Part shown: positions 1-10,821 of the stretch, in pieces | Layout of the letters: each line of letters opens with the position of its first letter | Numbering within the stretch: position 1 is the first letter of the stretch | IMG/VR virus record: IMGVR_UViG_3300025012_000026 | Coordinates: 62,001 to 126,000 of that record | DNA length: 64,000 nt | Reading direction: 5' to 3' (one strand) | The notes under the pieces: generated by a model | What the model was told of the DNA's origin: nothing | Databases searched by the model: none | What the model saw: the letters and a program-made list of their open reading frames with translations, nothing else | Made by a program: the position numbers and the translations under genes

Positions 1-190
1 TTCTATAACTGGTGATTTTTATGAAGTTGGATATAATCCAGAAATTGGATGCTATTATTATAATTCTAATAATTTTATTGTAAATGGCGCTCCAAAAGAA
101 TTTATTTATAGTCCAATTTTAATAGCAATTAAAGGAATTGAGGTTTTAATAATATCAAATAATGTGATTTATGAGCAATTACATCCATAA
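1..190 (+). CDS. 3' end of a tail-module protein (partial)
   Basis: Frame 2 is open from the window edge to TAA at 188-190; co-oriented with the tail genes. Confidence 0.6.
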   Translation, partial: SITGDFYEVGYNPEIGCYYYNSNNFIVNGAPKEFIYSPILIAIKGIEVLIISNNVIYEQLHP

Positions 191-209
191 TTAGAAAGAT
201 GGTGAATAA

Positions 210-1067
210 ATGATTCTTTCAGGTTTATTCCTTGGTGTAAGTTATTTTCAAAAAGTAATAGGAATTCCATCTCCAGTGCCAAAAATTTATGATTCGATAA
301 AAATCTATGGTGCTTCAACGATCGACAAACTACAAATAAAAAATATAGAAGTTGATAATACAACTTTGCAAAATACTATTATTACAGATAGTCTTTTTTG
401 GGGGCCAAATCATATTTTGTTGGCAGAATTCGAGAATAATTTAATTGGTGGAAATGTTGCAAATCTTGATTCTCCTGTAACGCATTGGCAAATTAGTAGG
501 AGAGAATCTGGTAGTGATGTATTGAAGATTTTGGGTACAGTTGTAGTAGGAACAACGGAATTCATAGATTATTTGTGTCAGCAAGGAAAAACATATATTT
601 ATGAAGTAAATGCGATAAATGCCAACCAAATTAGCGAAGCCTTTGTTACAGAAGCAGTGGAAATGGATTTCTATGGTTATTATTTGGTTTCAGAAGATGA
701 AGGTTTGGCATATAAATTTGACTTAAATGTTCAATCAGGTGCAAATGAATATGCAGAAGATGTAATTTTTTATGACGGATATGGTAAATATCCTGCAAAA
801 GCTATAGGTCAAAGAAAATATTTAAAAACAAGTATTTCAGCTATTTGTGCAACAGTAGATATAAACGGACAATTATTGCAAAGCGTGGAATATATGGATA
901 CATTAAGAGATTTTATAACAAATGGTAAAAGTAAAATATACAAAACAAGGAAAGGTTCGATACATCGGGTCTTTACACATAATTATAAAGAACCTATATG
1001 GAATGACGCAATTGGGCAACAAATTCAAGTTGTGACTTTTGATATAGTCGAAGACGCTAATGTTTAG
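210..1067 (+). CDS. Putative tail/baseplate protein with FN3-like segment
   Basis: WQISRRE...FIDY...TYIYEVNAIN FN3-like pattern; tail context. Confidence 0.55.
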   Translation: MILSGLFLGVSYFQKVIGIPSPVPKIYDSIKIYGASTIDKLQIKNIEVDNTTLQNTIITDSLFWGPNHILLAEFENNLIGGNVANLDSPVTHWQISRRESGSDVLKILGTVVVGTTEFIDYLCQQGKTYIYEVNAINANQISEAFVTEAVEMDFYGYYLVSEDEGLAYKFDLNVQSGANEYAEDVIFYDGYGKYPAKAIGQRKYLKTSISAICATVDINGQLLQSVEYMDTLRDFITNGKSKIYKTRKGSIHRVFTHNYKEPIWNDAIGQQIQVVTFDIVEDANV

Positions 1068-1103
1068 AGTTATATAAAAGTTTAACCCGCTTGCGACTGG
1101 GAG

Positions 1104-2252
1104 GTGACTAAAATGGCAACATTCCAAGATTATTTAAATGTCTTAAATTCTGGCACTTATAAGCAAAAAATAAGAGTTCAGTTTTTAAGATCGGAAGACG
1201 AATCTGTACGAGAAGATGTAACTTCTCTAGTTGAAAATGCTTCTGGTTCAATTAATATCCAACGAGCTAACGGAATTCGTCGCACATGCGACATAACTTT
1301 ATTTAATTTAGATGGCGAATATATACCCAATATTGATAATTTTTGGATTAGGCAGAAATTTCAGGTTTGGCTTGGTTTGGAAATGCCAGATGGTAGTGAT
1401 TATTTTATACCGCAAGGATTGTATATAGTTGATGATCCAAGTACAAGTTCAAAATTTAGCGAATCTAAGATAATAATTCATGGAGTTGATAAGTTTGGAA
1501 TTTTATCTGAAATAGGAGGAGAATTAGAAACAACTTATATTATTCCATTGGGGACAAATTTAATTACTGCGATAAATACCACACTGGCATTGATAAACGA
1601 CCCTAAAACACCAATTATTGATTTATCTCTTGTTTCTAAAACAGTCCCATATACCATGATATATGAAGTTGGACAAAAAATTGGTGACATCCTTATTGAT
1701 CTTGCTCAACTCTATTCTTGTAGTGCCTACTATGATTCTTTGGGGCAACTTAATATTGAAAAAGACATTGAAGATGATATTAAGCCATCTCAATGGGATT
1801 TTTCCGATACTAATCAATTTTTTTACAGAGGCGCGGTTAATAAATATAAATGGAGCGAAATGTATAATGCAGTAAAAGTAACATCCTCAAATATCAATGG
1901 ATTATCTTATACTCATACAGCCAGAGACATAAATTTATCTTCTCCAACTTCTATTCAGAATACGGGTTTCGAGAGAGTATTCCCATATACCTCTGACAAA
2001 TTGAGCACATTACAACAGGTTACTGATTTGGCTAATTATATTTTAAAAAGAAAAATTGCTTTACAAAATGAGGTGCAAATAACTTCAATTCCTATGTATC
2101 ATTTAGATTGTGATTTGGTTACGACAGTTACAGATAATAATTTAAAATTAACAAAAGAACGATTACTTATCAATTCGCTTACCATACCACTATCAACAGG
2201 TGGAGAAATGAGTTTAAATTGTGTAAAATCCAAAGAAATACCCTTTATATAA
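1104..2252 (+). CDS. Minor tail/baseplate hub protein (DUF5048-like)
   Basis: GSINIQRANGIRRTCDITL, IPQGLYIV, YYDSLGQL patterns typical of siphophage hub proteins; GGGAGG RBS. Confidence 0.6.
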   Translation: MTKMATFQDYLNVLNSGTYKQKIRVQFLRSEDESVREDVTSLVENASGSINIQRANGIRRTCDITLFNLDGEYIPNIDNFWIRQKFQVWLGLEMPDGSDYFIPQGLYIVDDPSTSSKFSESKIIIHGVDKFGILSEIGGELETTYIIPLGTNLITAINTTLALINDPKTPIIDLSLVSKTVPYTMIYEVGQKIGDILIDLAQLYSCSAYYDSLGQLNIEKDIEDDIKPSQWDFSDTNQFFYRGAVNKYKWSEMYNAVKVTSSNINGLSYTHTARDINLSSPTSIQNTGFERVFPYTSDKLSTLQQVTDLANYILKRKIALQNEVQITSIPMYHLDCDLVTTVTDNNLKLTKERLLINSLTIPLSTGGEMSLNCVKSKEIPFI

Positions 2253-2281
2253 TAATTTTAAAAAGTAGGTGAAAATTAAAA

Positions 2282-2572
2282 ATGGACTTAAACTCATCAG
2301 AATTTGCTCAATTTTTAGATAAACTTATTGAAAAAAAAGCAAGACAAATAATTCAAGCTGAATATGCAAAATTTGGAAATCTAAAAGGATGGGTTGCTAC
2401 AATAGTAGGAGTTGCAGGTGATAATAGCACAGCAGATGTTCAACGCATTGGTGAATCTGTTACTATCCCATCACTTTTAAATAAAACTGGTGTAACCCTT
2501 TTGATAGGTGACGAAGTAGAATTACACAGCTTATCCTCGCTTTCCAATTCTTACATCGGAATAAAAAAATAA
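2282..2572 (+). CDS. Small baseplate/spike-like protein
   Basis: 96 aa with OB-fold-like spike pattern (ATIVGV...LNKTGVTLLIGDEV) after the hub gene. Confidence 0.45.
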   Translation: MDLNSSEFAQFLDKLIEKKARQIIQAEYAKFGNLKGWVATIVGVAGDNSTADVQRIGESVTIPSLLNKTGVTLLIGDEVELHSLSSLSNSYIGIKK

Positions 2573-2625
2573 TAATATTTCTCAAACTAATCCTACAATT
2601 TTTAAGAAAGGAGTGAAATTTTCTC

Positions 2626-4281
2626 ATGACAACAACTCCTCTATATCTCAATATAGACAATGGTATTTTTGAAGGGACAATAAAATCAAATAATAAAATA
2701 ATCACTTCGCCCCAAACTTTATTTTCTTCATATCCGTTAGATTCAAATTGGACGCAACATGGTAGTGGATGGACAACTGATAACAATAAAGTTACATTTA
2801 ATAATACAACATCTTCTAATACCTATTTAGATGAAATTTATACAATTGATCAAACAGTAATTAAAAAAATTATATTTAGAATTACAGCTAGTGGATTAAA
2901 TATTATTCCATTCACTGGTGATGATTTTTCAATTAAATTAACTTTAACTGATGCTGGTGGATTGAGTGGTAATATATTAGCAACAGAAACGCTTGCTTTC
3001 CCTTCTGGTACTTGGTCAGAACAACAATTCACTATTAGTTTGACACCATCTGCTCCAGCAAAATATATTTATGTTTACATTTTTACACGCAATTCAATTG
3101 GTCAATTAACATTTTGGGATGCAGAATGTTTTCAAGAAGGAGACGCGGCCAGAACAAATGGCAAATGGACTTCTAACATTCAAGATTTAGCCAAAGTAAC
3201 ACAACTTCCTATTACAAGTGGGCATATTCCTTTGAAAAATGTTTATTTTTACTATGGATATTTAGAAGATGTGGATGGAATGAATAATGTTGAATACAGT
3301 ATTGATAGATTAAATAAGGCAGATATAATAATTACTCATGAACCAAGTTTACTTAACACTAGACAATTGGTTGTAGTTAATTCACTTATTGCAGATAGTA
3401 AAGAAGTTTATGGATATGCAATAGTTGGGTCTACAGATGTATTAGAAGTGCCAGGATTTGTGATAGCGGCAAAGGCAATTATGGATCGTTGTTTCACATC
3501 GGGTTATGATGGTGTATTCTTTGATTGCTTTGGTTATGACTGGAAGGTTACAAGAGCACAACAAAACGAACTAATTGATTATGCTCATGCCAAAACTCCT
3601 GCTCTTAAGGTATTCGCAAATGCTTGGATTCCTGCAGATTGCCTAGATGATGTTGTGAATGCTACTTATAATCCAACTGGTGTAGTAACAAAACTTACTA
3701 CAAACGATTGGGTATTGTTAGAAAGTTTTTATTGTAATGCTTCGGGGTATAAAACTTTTCCAGATGCTTTTAATAAATATGCCACTACTGTATCTCTAGC
3801 AACTCCATTGGGTGTTAAAGTTTGTGGGTTGTCTTATGCATTGCCAACAACTTTATTGACAGATTTTAGAGACTGGGTTAACACTTATGTTTTAGCATCA
3901 GGATTTGGAATGCAAGGTTTTCAATATAGTACTGATATAGGAAGTGAGGATTTAAATTGGCCTTTGGAAATTTTTATTCCTCCAAATATTGGTACAACAT
4001 TAATATCCTCATTTGCACAAGTTCAAGCAGACACATATGAAGCGAAAACAAATGAGGGCATTATTTTGTTCACGTCTACGGATTCCCCATTGAAAAGAGA
4101 ATATAAGTCTTTTATTTTACCGTCTTCATTTAATGTTGTAACATACTTACCACAAATCAATGCTACAAGAGTTAGTATTATAAATTATTCAAGTGCAGAT
4201 AAAATTACATGGACTAAATTGGATAGTTTATCTGGAATAACGGACAGGTATTTTAAAACAGAAATAAGTGTCAGGAATTAA
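2626..4281 (+). CDS. Tail-associated protein: N-terminal CBM-like beta-sandwich plus TIM-barrel glycoside hydrolase (GH114/PelA-hydrolase-like)
   Basis: EVYGY...GYDGVFFDCFGYD...VFANAW...DWVLLESF motifs; AAGGAG RBS. Confidence 0.55.
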   Translation: MTTTPLYLNIDNGIFEGTIKSNNKIITSPQTLFSSYPLDSNWTQHGSGWTTDNNKVTFNNTTSSNTYLDEIYTIDQTVIKKIIFRITASGLNIIPFTGDDFSIKLTLTDAGGLSGNILATETLAFPSGTWSEQQFTISLTPSAPAKYIYVYIFTRNSIGQLTFWDAECFQEGDAARTNGKWTSNIQDLAKVTQLPITSGHIPLKNVYFYYGYLEDVDGMNNVEYSIDRLNKADIIITHEPSLLNTRQLVVVNSLIADSKEVYGYAIVGSTDVLEVPGFVIAAKAIMDRCFTSGYDGVFFDCFGYDWKVTRAQQNELIDYAHAKTPALKVFANAWIPADCLDDVVNATYNPTGVVTKLTTNDWVLLESFYCNASGYKTFPDAFNKYATTVSLATPLGVKVCGLSYALPTTLLTDFRDWVNTYVLASGFGMQGFQYSTDIGSEDLNWPLEIFIPPNIGTTLISSFAQVQADTYEAKTNEGIILFTSTDSPLKREYKSFILPSSFNVVTYLPQINATRVSIINYSSADKITWTKLDSLSGITDRYFKTEISVRN

Positions 4282-4301
4282 AAAGGAGGAAAAATACATA
4301 A

Positions 4302-5030
4302 ATGGCTAAATCAAATCTTCCAAATAATAGTCTAACAAATGATAATCTTACAGCAGAAGCAATTCATTTAACAACATTATACAATACAAAACCTCGCTCA
4401 AGCTCAGGTCAAGCGAGTTTCATATCTTCAACTTCTGGAGTTACTTATACGACATTAGGTTCGGCATATGATAATCAAGGACAAGAGGGGTTATTACAAG
4501 TATTACAATTAGCACTTGATAGTTATCTTGTTACAGCAGATGATTATAATGGAATTACTGATAGTATTACACAAGTTACTGATGATCTTATTACGCATTC
4601 TAATAATACTTCTAATCCGCACGCTGTAACTGCCACTCAAATAGAGGCAATTCCCCTAACTCAAAAAGGAGTCGCAAATGGGGTTGCTACCTTGAATTCA
4701 AGTGGTTATCCAGTCGAAAAGACATATGTAACTGGTTCATATACAGGTGATGGTTTAGCATCAAGAAATATAATCTTAGGCTTTCAACCTTCTGCCGTTT
4801 TTGTGATGTTAAGTTATGGTATAAGACATGTCAATGCTTACGATTACGATAGTGGATTAGCAATAGCTGGATATCCAGCTCAAGCAAATTCCGATGTTGG
4901 ATTAAAGACGCTTATTGCAGTTATAAGTACAGGGTTTAATGTAGGACATTATACTTTTTTTTCTGGCACCACCTATATTATATCGAATAATCAAAACACC
5001 ATAAAATATAATTATATAGCATTTAGATAA
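4302..5030 (+). CDS. Tail fibre protein
   Basis: HSNNTSNPHAVT, KGVANGVATLNSSG and VTGSYTGDG...LGFQP motifs typical of Bacillota tail fibres. Confidence 0.7.
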   Translation: MAKSNLPNNSLTNDNLTAEAIHLTTLYNTKPRSSSGQASFISSTSGVTYTTLGSAYDNQGQEGLLQVLQLALDSYLVTADDYNGITDSITQVTDDLITHSNNTSNPHAVTATQIEAIPLTQKGVANGVATLNSSGYPVEKTYVTGSYTGDGLASRNIILGFQPSAVFVMLSYGIRHVNAYDYDSGLAIAGYPAQANSDVGLKTLIAVISTGFNVGHYTFFSGTTYIISNNQNTIKYNYIAFR

Positions 5031-5047
5031 GATAAGGAGAGAAGAAA

Positions 5048-5740
5048 ATGATAATTCATAAATCTACTAAAAGCGTAGAAACAAGTTCGATAAGTACAAA
5101 TAAAAACTTTGGCAATTATGAAAATGTATTTGTAGTTGATGATTCAAGTGAATTAGGACAAAAAATACTAATTAATCAACCATATTTTGATTTCGTATTA
5201 GATAATGATGGAAATTTGATTGATATAATTCCAATAGAAAGACCACCACAACAACCTCAACCACTATCAGAAATAGAAACACTTCGCCTAGAACAAGTCC
5301 AAACAAAATCAGAATTAATTACTATTAAACAAACTTTTAATTTAATTCCCCCTATTGAAAATACAATAACATTGGAAGATTATCAGAAGAATAAAATTTA
5401 TGAGTTAAGTTTGGAATGTGAACAGGAAATACTTGCAGGATTCTATTCTTCATGTCGAGGAACACAGGAGTGGTTTACTAACACTAGAGACGATCAAAAC
5501 CGAGTTATAAGTCAAGCAACATTAGCAACTCTCAATCCTTCCTTTATTCCAGAATGGAAAAGTGCGTCTGAAACAATTTGCACTCCGTTTACTATGGAAC
5601 AAATCGTACAATTAGCAACAGAAGGTGCAACTTTTATGACAGAAAGGATTAAGGTGTTTGAAATCTTACGAAATCAAGTTGTGGCATGTAAGACTATTGA
5701 ATGTGTGGGTGAGATAGTGTGGGAAAATTATGTATGGTAA
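5048..5740 (+). CDS. Tail fibre assembly-like protein (DUF4376-like C-terminus)
   Basis: KNKIYELSLECEQEILAGF...DQNR...WK pattern; follows the fibre gene. Confidence 0.55.
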   Translation: MIIHKSTKSVETSSISTNKNFGNYENVFVVDDSSELGQKILINQPYFDFVLDNDGNLIDIIPIERPPQQPQPLSEIETLRLEQVQTKSELITIKQTFNLIPPIENTITLEDYQKNKIYELSLECEQEILAGFYSSCRGTQEWFTNTRDDQNRVISQATLATLNPSFIPEWKSASETICTPFTMEQIVQLATEGATFMTERIKVFEILRNQVVACKTIECVGEIVWENYVW

Positions 5741-6182
5741 GCAGTTAATAAAATATCTATCTCTCTTCTTTATTATGGGTATGATTTATTTCACCTTAGA
5801 GGGAGTGTGGCGTAGCAATGCAAATATAATTATGTTACTAATAGGTGGAATTTGTAGTGTATTAATTGGATTGCTTAATGAGTATCCACAATATTATAAA
5901 TTAAAAATATATCAACAAACTTTAATTGGAACTTTTATAGTTTTAATTGTCGAGTTTGTTTCTGGTATGTTTTTTAATGTGTTTTTAGAGATGAACCTAT
6001 GGAATTACTCAGATACATGGGGGAATTTATATAGACAGATTTGTATCCCATATACAATATTGTGGATGCTAATAGTTCCATTCTGTATTTTTGTTGATGA
6101 TTGGCTTAGATTCAAATTATATAATGAATGTGAAATGTATAGTTTAAAAGAAATATATTTAGACTTAATCAAACTAAAATAA
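5730..6182 (+). CDS. Four-TM membrane protein (putative ABC-permease/CmpB-like family found in phage tail modules)
   Basis: GMIYFTLEGVWR...MLLIGG...VEFVSG...WNYS...QIC motifs. Confidence 0.65.
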   Translation: MYGKQLIKYLSLFFIMGMIYFTLEGVWRSNANIIMLLIGGICSVLIGLLNEYPQYYKLKIYQQTLIGTFIVLIVEFVSGMFFNVFLEMNLWNYSDTWGNLYRQICIPYTILWMLIVPFCIFVDDWLRFKLYNECEMYSLKEIYLDLIKLK

Positions 6183-6227
6183 AAATAACCAAATGGAATG
6201 ACATTTTAAAGGAGGTGAAAATAAAAA

Positions 6228-6470
6228 ATGGCAACTTCTATCGTATCTTCGAATGATTTTTACACTACAATTATTAACAATGAAATTATAACATTTGAAT
6301 CTCCATTATCTGGTATAACTATTGAAGCAAAAGATCAAATTTCTATTAAAATTAATAATTCAGATACTATGGCTACTTCTTTTTTAATCATTACTGATGC
6401 ATTAATTAATTCAATGCAAATTATGTCTCCTAGTGGAACACAAGTTAAGTGGTATGGTACAGCTTTTTAG
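6228..6470 (+). CDS. Hypothetical small virion-module protein
   Basis: ORF with AAGGAGGTG RBS. Confidence 0.6.
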   Translation: MATSIVSSNDFYTTIINNEIITFESPLSGITIEAKDQISIKINNSDTMATSFLIITDALINSMQIMSPSGTQVKWYGTAF

Positions 6471-6523
6471 TTTCGTTTTAATAAACAAAATAAATAAATA
6501 CATAAAAGAAAGGTCGTGTTTTT

Positions 6524-7237
6524 GTGGCTTTAATAGAATTAGGAACTCTTAGGGATTATTGGAAGAAAGTATATGACAGTATCATAGCACATGATGCTGT
6601 TGATTCAGGAGATCCCCTTAAAATTGGTGGGAAAGCGTCTACTGATGCACCGACTGCTGTATCAGTAGGCGACAGAGTTAATGCGTGGTTTGATTTAAAT
6701 GGAAGATTAATGGTTAAAAATGATCAGTCTTTACCAACTGGAGCATCAACAGAAGCAAAACAGGATACTTTAATAGCAAAAGATTTTGCTACTCAAACAA
6801 CTTTGGCATCATTATTGGCAAAAGTAATATCTGCTCCTGCAACAGAAGCTAAACAGGATACAATTATTACATACGTAGATCAATTAGAAACAATATTAAC
6901 TGCAATTAAGGATACAGCGGGAATAAAAAAAATAACAGATCCTATTATTATTGCCGATAAAGAAGCAACTGCTTTTGAACAAGTAACTGTAGATAATACA
7001 GCAGGAGGAACTATTTTAACTTCTGCAACTTATGCAACAAATACAAAAGCTTACATAACAGTAGAAAATAATAATATTAGATTTAGAATTGATGGTGGAA
7101 TACCAACTGCAACATTAGGCCACTTAGTAGCAATGGGAAGTTTAATTGAGTTAAATAGTAATAGTGATATTGTTAATTTTAAGGGTATTGCAATTTCTGA
7201 AACAAGTGCTGTACTAAATTGTACTTATTTAAGTTAA
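6524..7237 (+). CDS. Hypothetical virion-module protein with internal TEAKQDT repeat
   Basis: ORF; duplicated AACAGAAGCwAAACAGGATAC. Confidence 0.55.
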   Translation: MALIELGTLRDYWKKVYDSIIAHDAVDSGDPLKIGGKASTDAPTAVSVGDRVNAWFDLNGRLMVKNDQSLPTGASTEAKQDTLIAKDFATQTTLASLLAKVISAPATEAKQDTIITYVDQLETILTAIKDTAGIKKITDPIIIADKEATAFEQVTVDNTAGGTILTSATYATNTKAYITVENNNIRFRIDGGIPTATLGHLVAMGSLIELNSNSDIVNFKGIAISETSAVLNCTYLS

Positions 7238-7301
7238 TAAGAAAGAATTTTTTAAATAACTAATAAGCAAATATAAAATAATAATAAGGAGGAATTATAA
7301 A

Positions 7302-7655
7302 ATGGGATTTATTACAAATCCAAGTCCAGTTTTAGGAAACGACCCTAATAATTTACCCAAACAAATGTCTGTTACTGAGAGTGGTGTAGTGAACGTATCT
7401 GTAAATGGGAGTTTACCGAACCAAACTTTAGCAGAACAACTCACTGACGTTGATGCAGTAGTCAATGTTTTAACCTTTTCTGCAAACATAGAAGCAATTG
7501 AGATATATCACGAAGAAGCAACTTGGCAAACATTCATAGTTAACGGATTAACGATTATTGTCCCTGCTGGTGGTTATCGAACTCCTATTGCTGGTGTAGT
7601 TGGTTTAACTGTTACTATCCCTGCTATATCATGCATTGTAGGGAGGTTGGTATAA
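7302..7655 (+). CDS. Hypothetical virion-module protein
   Basis: ORF with AAGGAGG RBS. Confidence 0.6.
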   Translation: MGFITNPSPVLGNDPNNLPKQMSVTESGVVNVSVNGSLPNQTLAEQLTDVDAVVNVLTFSANIEAIEIYHEEATWQTFIVNGLTIIVPAGGYRTPIAGVVGLTVTIPAISCIVGRLV

Positions 7656-7657
7656 AA

Positions 7658-9721
7658 ATGTTTGGATATAATCCACCACCTATCGAAAGTTCTTACCCTC
7701 GTGTGTCTGGGGAAAAAATCATAAAGAAACATCGCATTCTCTTTGTTGGGCCACATCAAACGTTAGGCGCAAGCCATATGCCTTTGCCAATCGAAGCGTT
7801 CCAAGGTGGGTATTTGTGCGAAGTATGTTCGTGGGAATCACTTGTTTTTAATGCAAATGATTGGAAAAATGAAGTTGATGTTATAGTAATAAATACTCAA
7901 TCAGAATTATGTATTACTAATTTTGTAACGGGGGTTGAAATAAAAACAGCGATTAGTACAATGATGTCTGCTGGAGTAAAGTTGATTCTTTTTTTAGGTG
8001 ATGCAACTTATAATATTAGGGTTTTTGCTGCCGATGGAACATATACAAGTACTAGTTTGGCGAGTTTATTAGGTGGCCTATCGTCTGGCCCTTCAAAAAA
8101 CTTTTCTGCACAAACTGGAACATTTCAACATAGTGACCCCTATCCATTTGGGACTACGGAAATATTACAATCAGGGATTATCCCTTCAACTTCTGGAAGC
8201 TTGGATCTTATCGCTAGTGATCCATTGGTTGTTTTCCCCGTTAAAGCTGTTCAGAGTGAAGTTGTTGCAAAAATGGTTGCCTATAAACCTAATTCATTTT
8301 TCGTAGTAGCACATGGAGGTGGTTCGGGAGCAACGGCAAGTGTTCAAGCGTATTGGAAATACGTGAAAAGTAACGTACTGATAGATATCTTGCTTGGTAA
8401 GGATAATAACGCAAGATTAGCACTAGATGCTCAAAATGGCAGGAAAATAGCAGCGTTAGGCGTTGATCTGGACGTTACTACAGACCTTGCGGCAGCACAA
8501 TCACTACATGAATCGTTTGGATCAAATATTCCCATGGAGTGGGGTCTAGTTGCTGATAATGTTACAGATGATGTAGCGGGATTTTATCGAGGACTGCCCG
8601 GTATAACGAGACTCGTATCACATACTAAATCCCACTATAACACTGTTATTACGGTTACGGATGAATTGCATACAATACCATCAAGTCAATTAGTAAGGCT
8701 TAACAGGCCTTTTAAAGCTATGTTGACATCCGTAAAAACTGTTGATGATGTAACCACGTTTACTAGAAAAACGGGGGATATAATTAGAACGGGTTCAGAC
8801 GTTGGTAAATATGTAATAAATGGAGCAACCGACATAGGATCAGTAGGGCAGTTGCTTGACGGGTATCTTAAATTTAATTCTGCAGATGTAGGCAAACAAT
8901 TGAAAATCACTTATACATGCAGTGATGAAGCTGCAGAGGTTATAGGTAGTTTAAATACATTGAAGGCTAAAGGTGCATTGACCAAGTCTGTCGTGTACAC
9001 GACGATGGGTGCCCATTCTGTTGAACCTTCATCACTTTTAATGGCAGAAGAAGAAGAGGTAATTATTGCTGACTATCTACCGTTTCCATCATATTCACGG
9101 GCTTGGCATACTTCTAGAACTCAGAAAAAGATGCCTTTCATGCTTGGAACTACATTGCAATCAGTGGCGACATGGAATTCTTCGAATGATTCAAGTTGGT
9201 ATCAGACTACTAAAGCTGATGCGAAAGTAACATATATAACTGATGCTATTACTAGGTGTAATTCATTGGATATACCATATGTATTCTACATGCACGATTT
9301 TCCGATATCTGAAACTGCTTTGGGTGGTGCATGGTTAGGTGCTGGATACGCTGACTGGAAGAAAGCGTCATATGAAGAAACTAAAGCATATTTGCAGGAA
9401 ATGTACACTTGGGTAATTGCCCAATTAGTCGCACAAAATCCGTTCTGGATGACGAGGGGGGAATATGTTGAAAGATATTATTACCTCAATAAATATCTTT
9501 CTTATGATATTGTAGAAGCCAATAATGGATATAAAATTTCCGTTAAAAATAATGGGAGAAAAGATATTAAGGGGATTACTCTTAGACTTCCATTCGACTC
9601 TGATCCAACCGTTGTTAGATTGCTAAATGGAGCCGATGTATTCAGTTCTTACACAAATGAAGTAAAAACTGTATGGTTTGATTTAGTGGCGGGGAGTTCT
9701 TCTGTGTTAATGGTTCACTAA
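7658..9721 (+). CDS. Polysaccharide deacetylase (NodB/CE4)-like large protein
   Basis: GVDLD, SHTKSH and YVFYMHD motifs; start moved to ATG 7658 after GGGAGG; visibly more GC-rich than neighbours. Confidence 0.5.
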   Translation: MFGYNPPPIESSYPRVSGEKIIKKHRILFVGPHQTLGASHMPLPIEAFQGGYLCEVCSWESLVFNANDWKNEVDVIVINTQSELCITNFVTGVEIKTAISTMMSAGVKLILFLGDATYNIRVFAADGTYTSTSLASLLGGLSSGPSKNFSAQTGTFQHSDPYPFGTTEILQSGIIPSTSGSLDLIASDPLVVFPVKAVQSEVVAKMVAYKPNSFFVVAHGGGSGATASVQAYWKYVKSNVLIDILLGKDNNARLALDAQNGRKIAALGVDLDVTTDLAAAQSLHESFGSNIPMEWGLVADNVTDDVAGFYRGLPGITRLVSHTKSHYNTVITVTDELHTIPSSQLVRLNRPFKAMLTSVKTVDDVTTFTRKTGDIIRTGSDVGKYVINGATDIGSVGQLLDGYLKFNSADVGKQLKITYTCSDEAAEVIGSLNTLKAKGALTKSVVYTTMGAHSVEPSSLLMAEEEEVIIADYLPFPSYSRAWHTSRTQKKMPFMLGTTLQSVATWNSSNDSSWYQTTKADAKVTYITDAITRCNSLDIPYVFYMHDFPISETALGGAWLGAGYADWKKASYEETKAYLQEMYTWVIAQLVAQNPFWMTRGEYVERYYYLNKYLSYDIVEANNGYKISVKNNGRKDIKGITLRLPFDSDPTVVRLLNGADVFSSYTNEVKTVWFDLVAGSSSVLMVH

Positions 9722-9774
9722 TCTTCGCTAAAGACTGCTAAATCGAAGGTTGGTAAAAACAACTAATAATTCAA

Positions 9775-9806
9775 AGAGAGTGTAAACATACACTCTCTAA
9801 TTTTAT
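9775..9806 (+). terminator. Intrinsic terminator after the tail module
   Basis: AGAGAGTGTA/TACACTCTCT 10-bp stem followed by T-rich tail. Confidence 0.6.
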
Positions 9807-9968
9807 ACTTATTTAATTATATTTATAATATAGTTAATTTTAACAACCGTTTAAAAACTTGATTCTCTAGGGTATTAAATTATTTTAAAAATTAAATAAA
9901 ACATATAACAAAAAGAGGGTAAATCTACTACCCTCTCTATTTTCTATGTCTAAAAAGGAGGATTTAAT

Positions 9969-10136
9969 ATGAATGTTTATAATTGTTTTTCACAAAAATT
10001 AGCAGGGTTTCTCCTTATAAATGGATTTTCAATTACAGGTATCAAATCAGATTTAAAAAATACAGGTAGAACTATTTACTTATTTCAAAATAGTGAATAT
10101 CTTCAATTGGCGATTAAAAAATATAAAACTGTTTAA
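9969..10136 (+). CDS. 55-aa DUF5659-like protein
   Basis: MNVYNCFSQKLAGFLLINGF...YLFQNSEYLQLAI; AAGGAGG RBS; not in the ORF track. Confidence 0.65.
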   Translation: MNVYNCFSQKLAGFLLINGFSITGIKSDLKNTGRTIYLFQNSEYLQLAIKKYKTV

Positions 10137-10669
10137 TAAAAGAAAGAAGGTCTGTTTAAAAAATGTCTAAAAGAATAAATTGGAAAGCAACAAAAACATA
10201 TGATGAGTATATAGAAATGTTTAAATCTGCGTGTGAAGAACTAGGTAGGTCTATTACTCCTTCAGAATTAGAAAAGCATAAATTTGATTTACCATCTGCT
10301 ATATGGTTAGTTAAAAATTATCCACACGATACTATAAAAACATATGATGATTTTCTTAAGTATTTAGGGTTTGAACCAATAAAGAAGCATAATAAACATA
10401 AAAAGTACAATTTTGAAATCGCTTTTGAAGAATTTGCAAAAAGAGGACTTTATTTACCGCCACAAGAGTATACAAGTTGTGCAATAAAAATGAAATTTAT
10501 TTGTCCTCATCATCCAGATATTATTCAAAAGAAATCACTAAATAGTATAATATTTGGGAGAAAAGCAAAACACCCAGAATATAATTACAATATGTGTAAT
10601 TTATGCTTTAAAGAAAGACAAAAAGGCGAGATAAGTAATGCTTGGAAAGGAGGTTAATAAAAGTAGACA

Positions 10670-10820
10670 AATAATTATTCTTTATAAAGATAGACTTCTT
10701 AGATTTGGTTTTGAATTAATAGAAGATTTAATTCAAATTATTACTGTATTTAGTTGCAGACTTCAAGGGAAACGAGCAAACAGAACTAGAAAAATGATTG
10801 ATGATTTAATTAAGGAAGGA
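10670..10820 (+). pseudogene. tnpA: IS607 serine-recombinase TnpA C-terminal remnant
   Basis: IIILYKDRLLRFGFELI|EDLIQIITVFSCRLQGKRA with an internal deletion; no N-terminus. Confidence 0.8.
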
Positions 10821-10821
10821 G

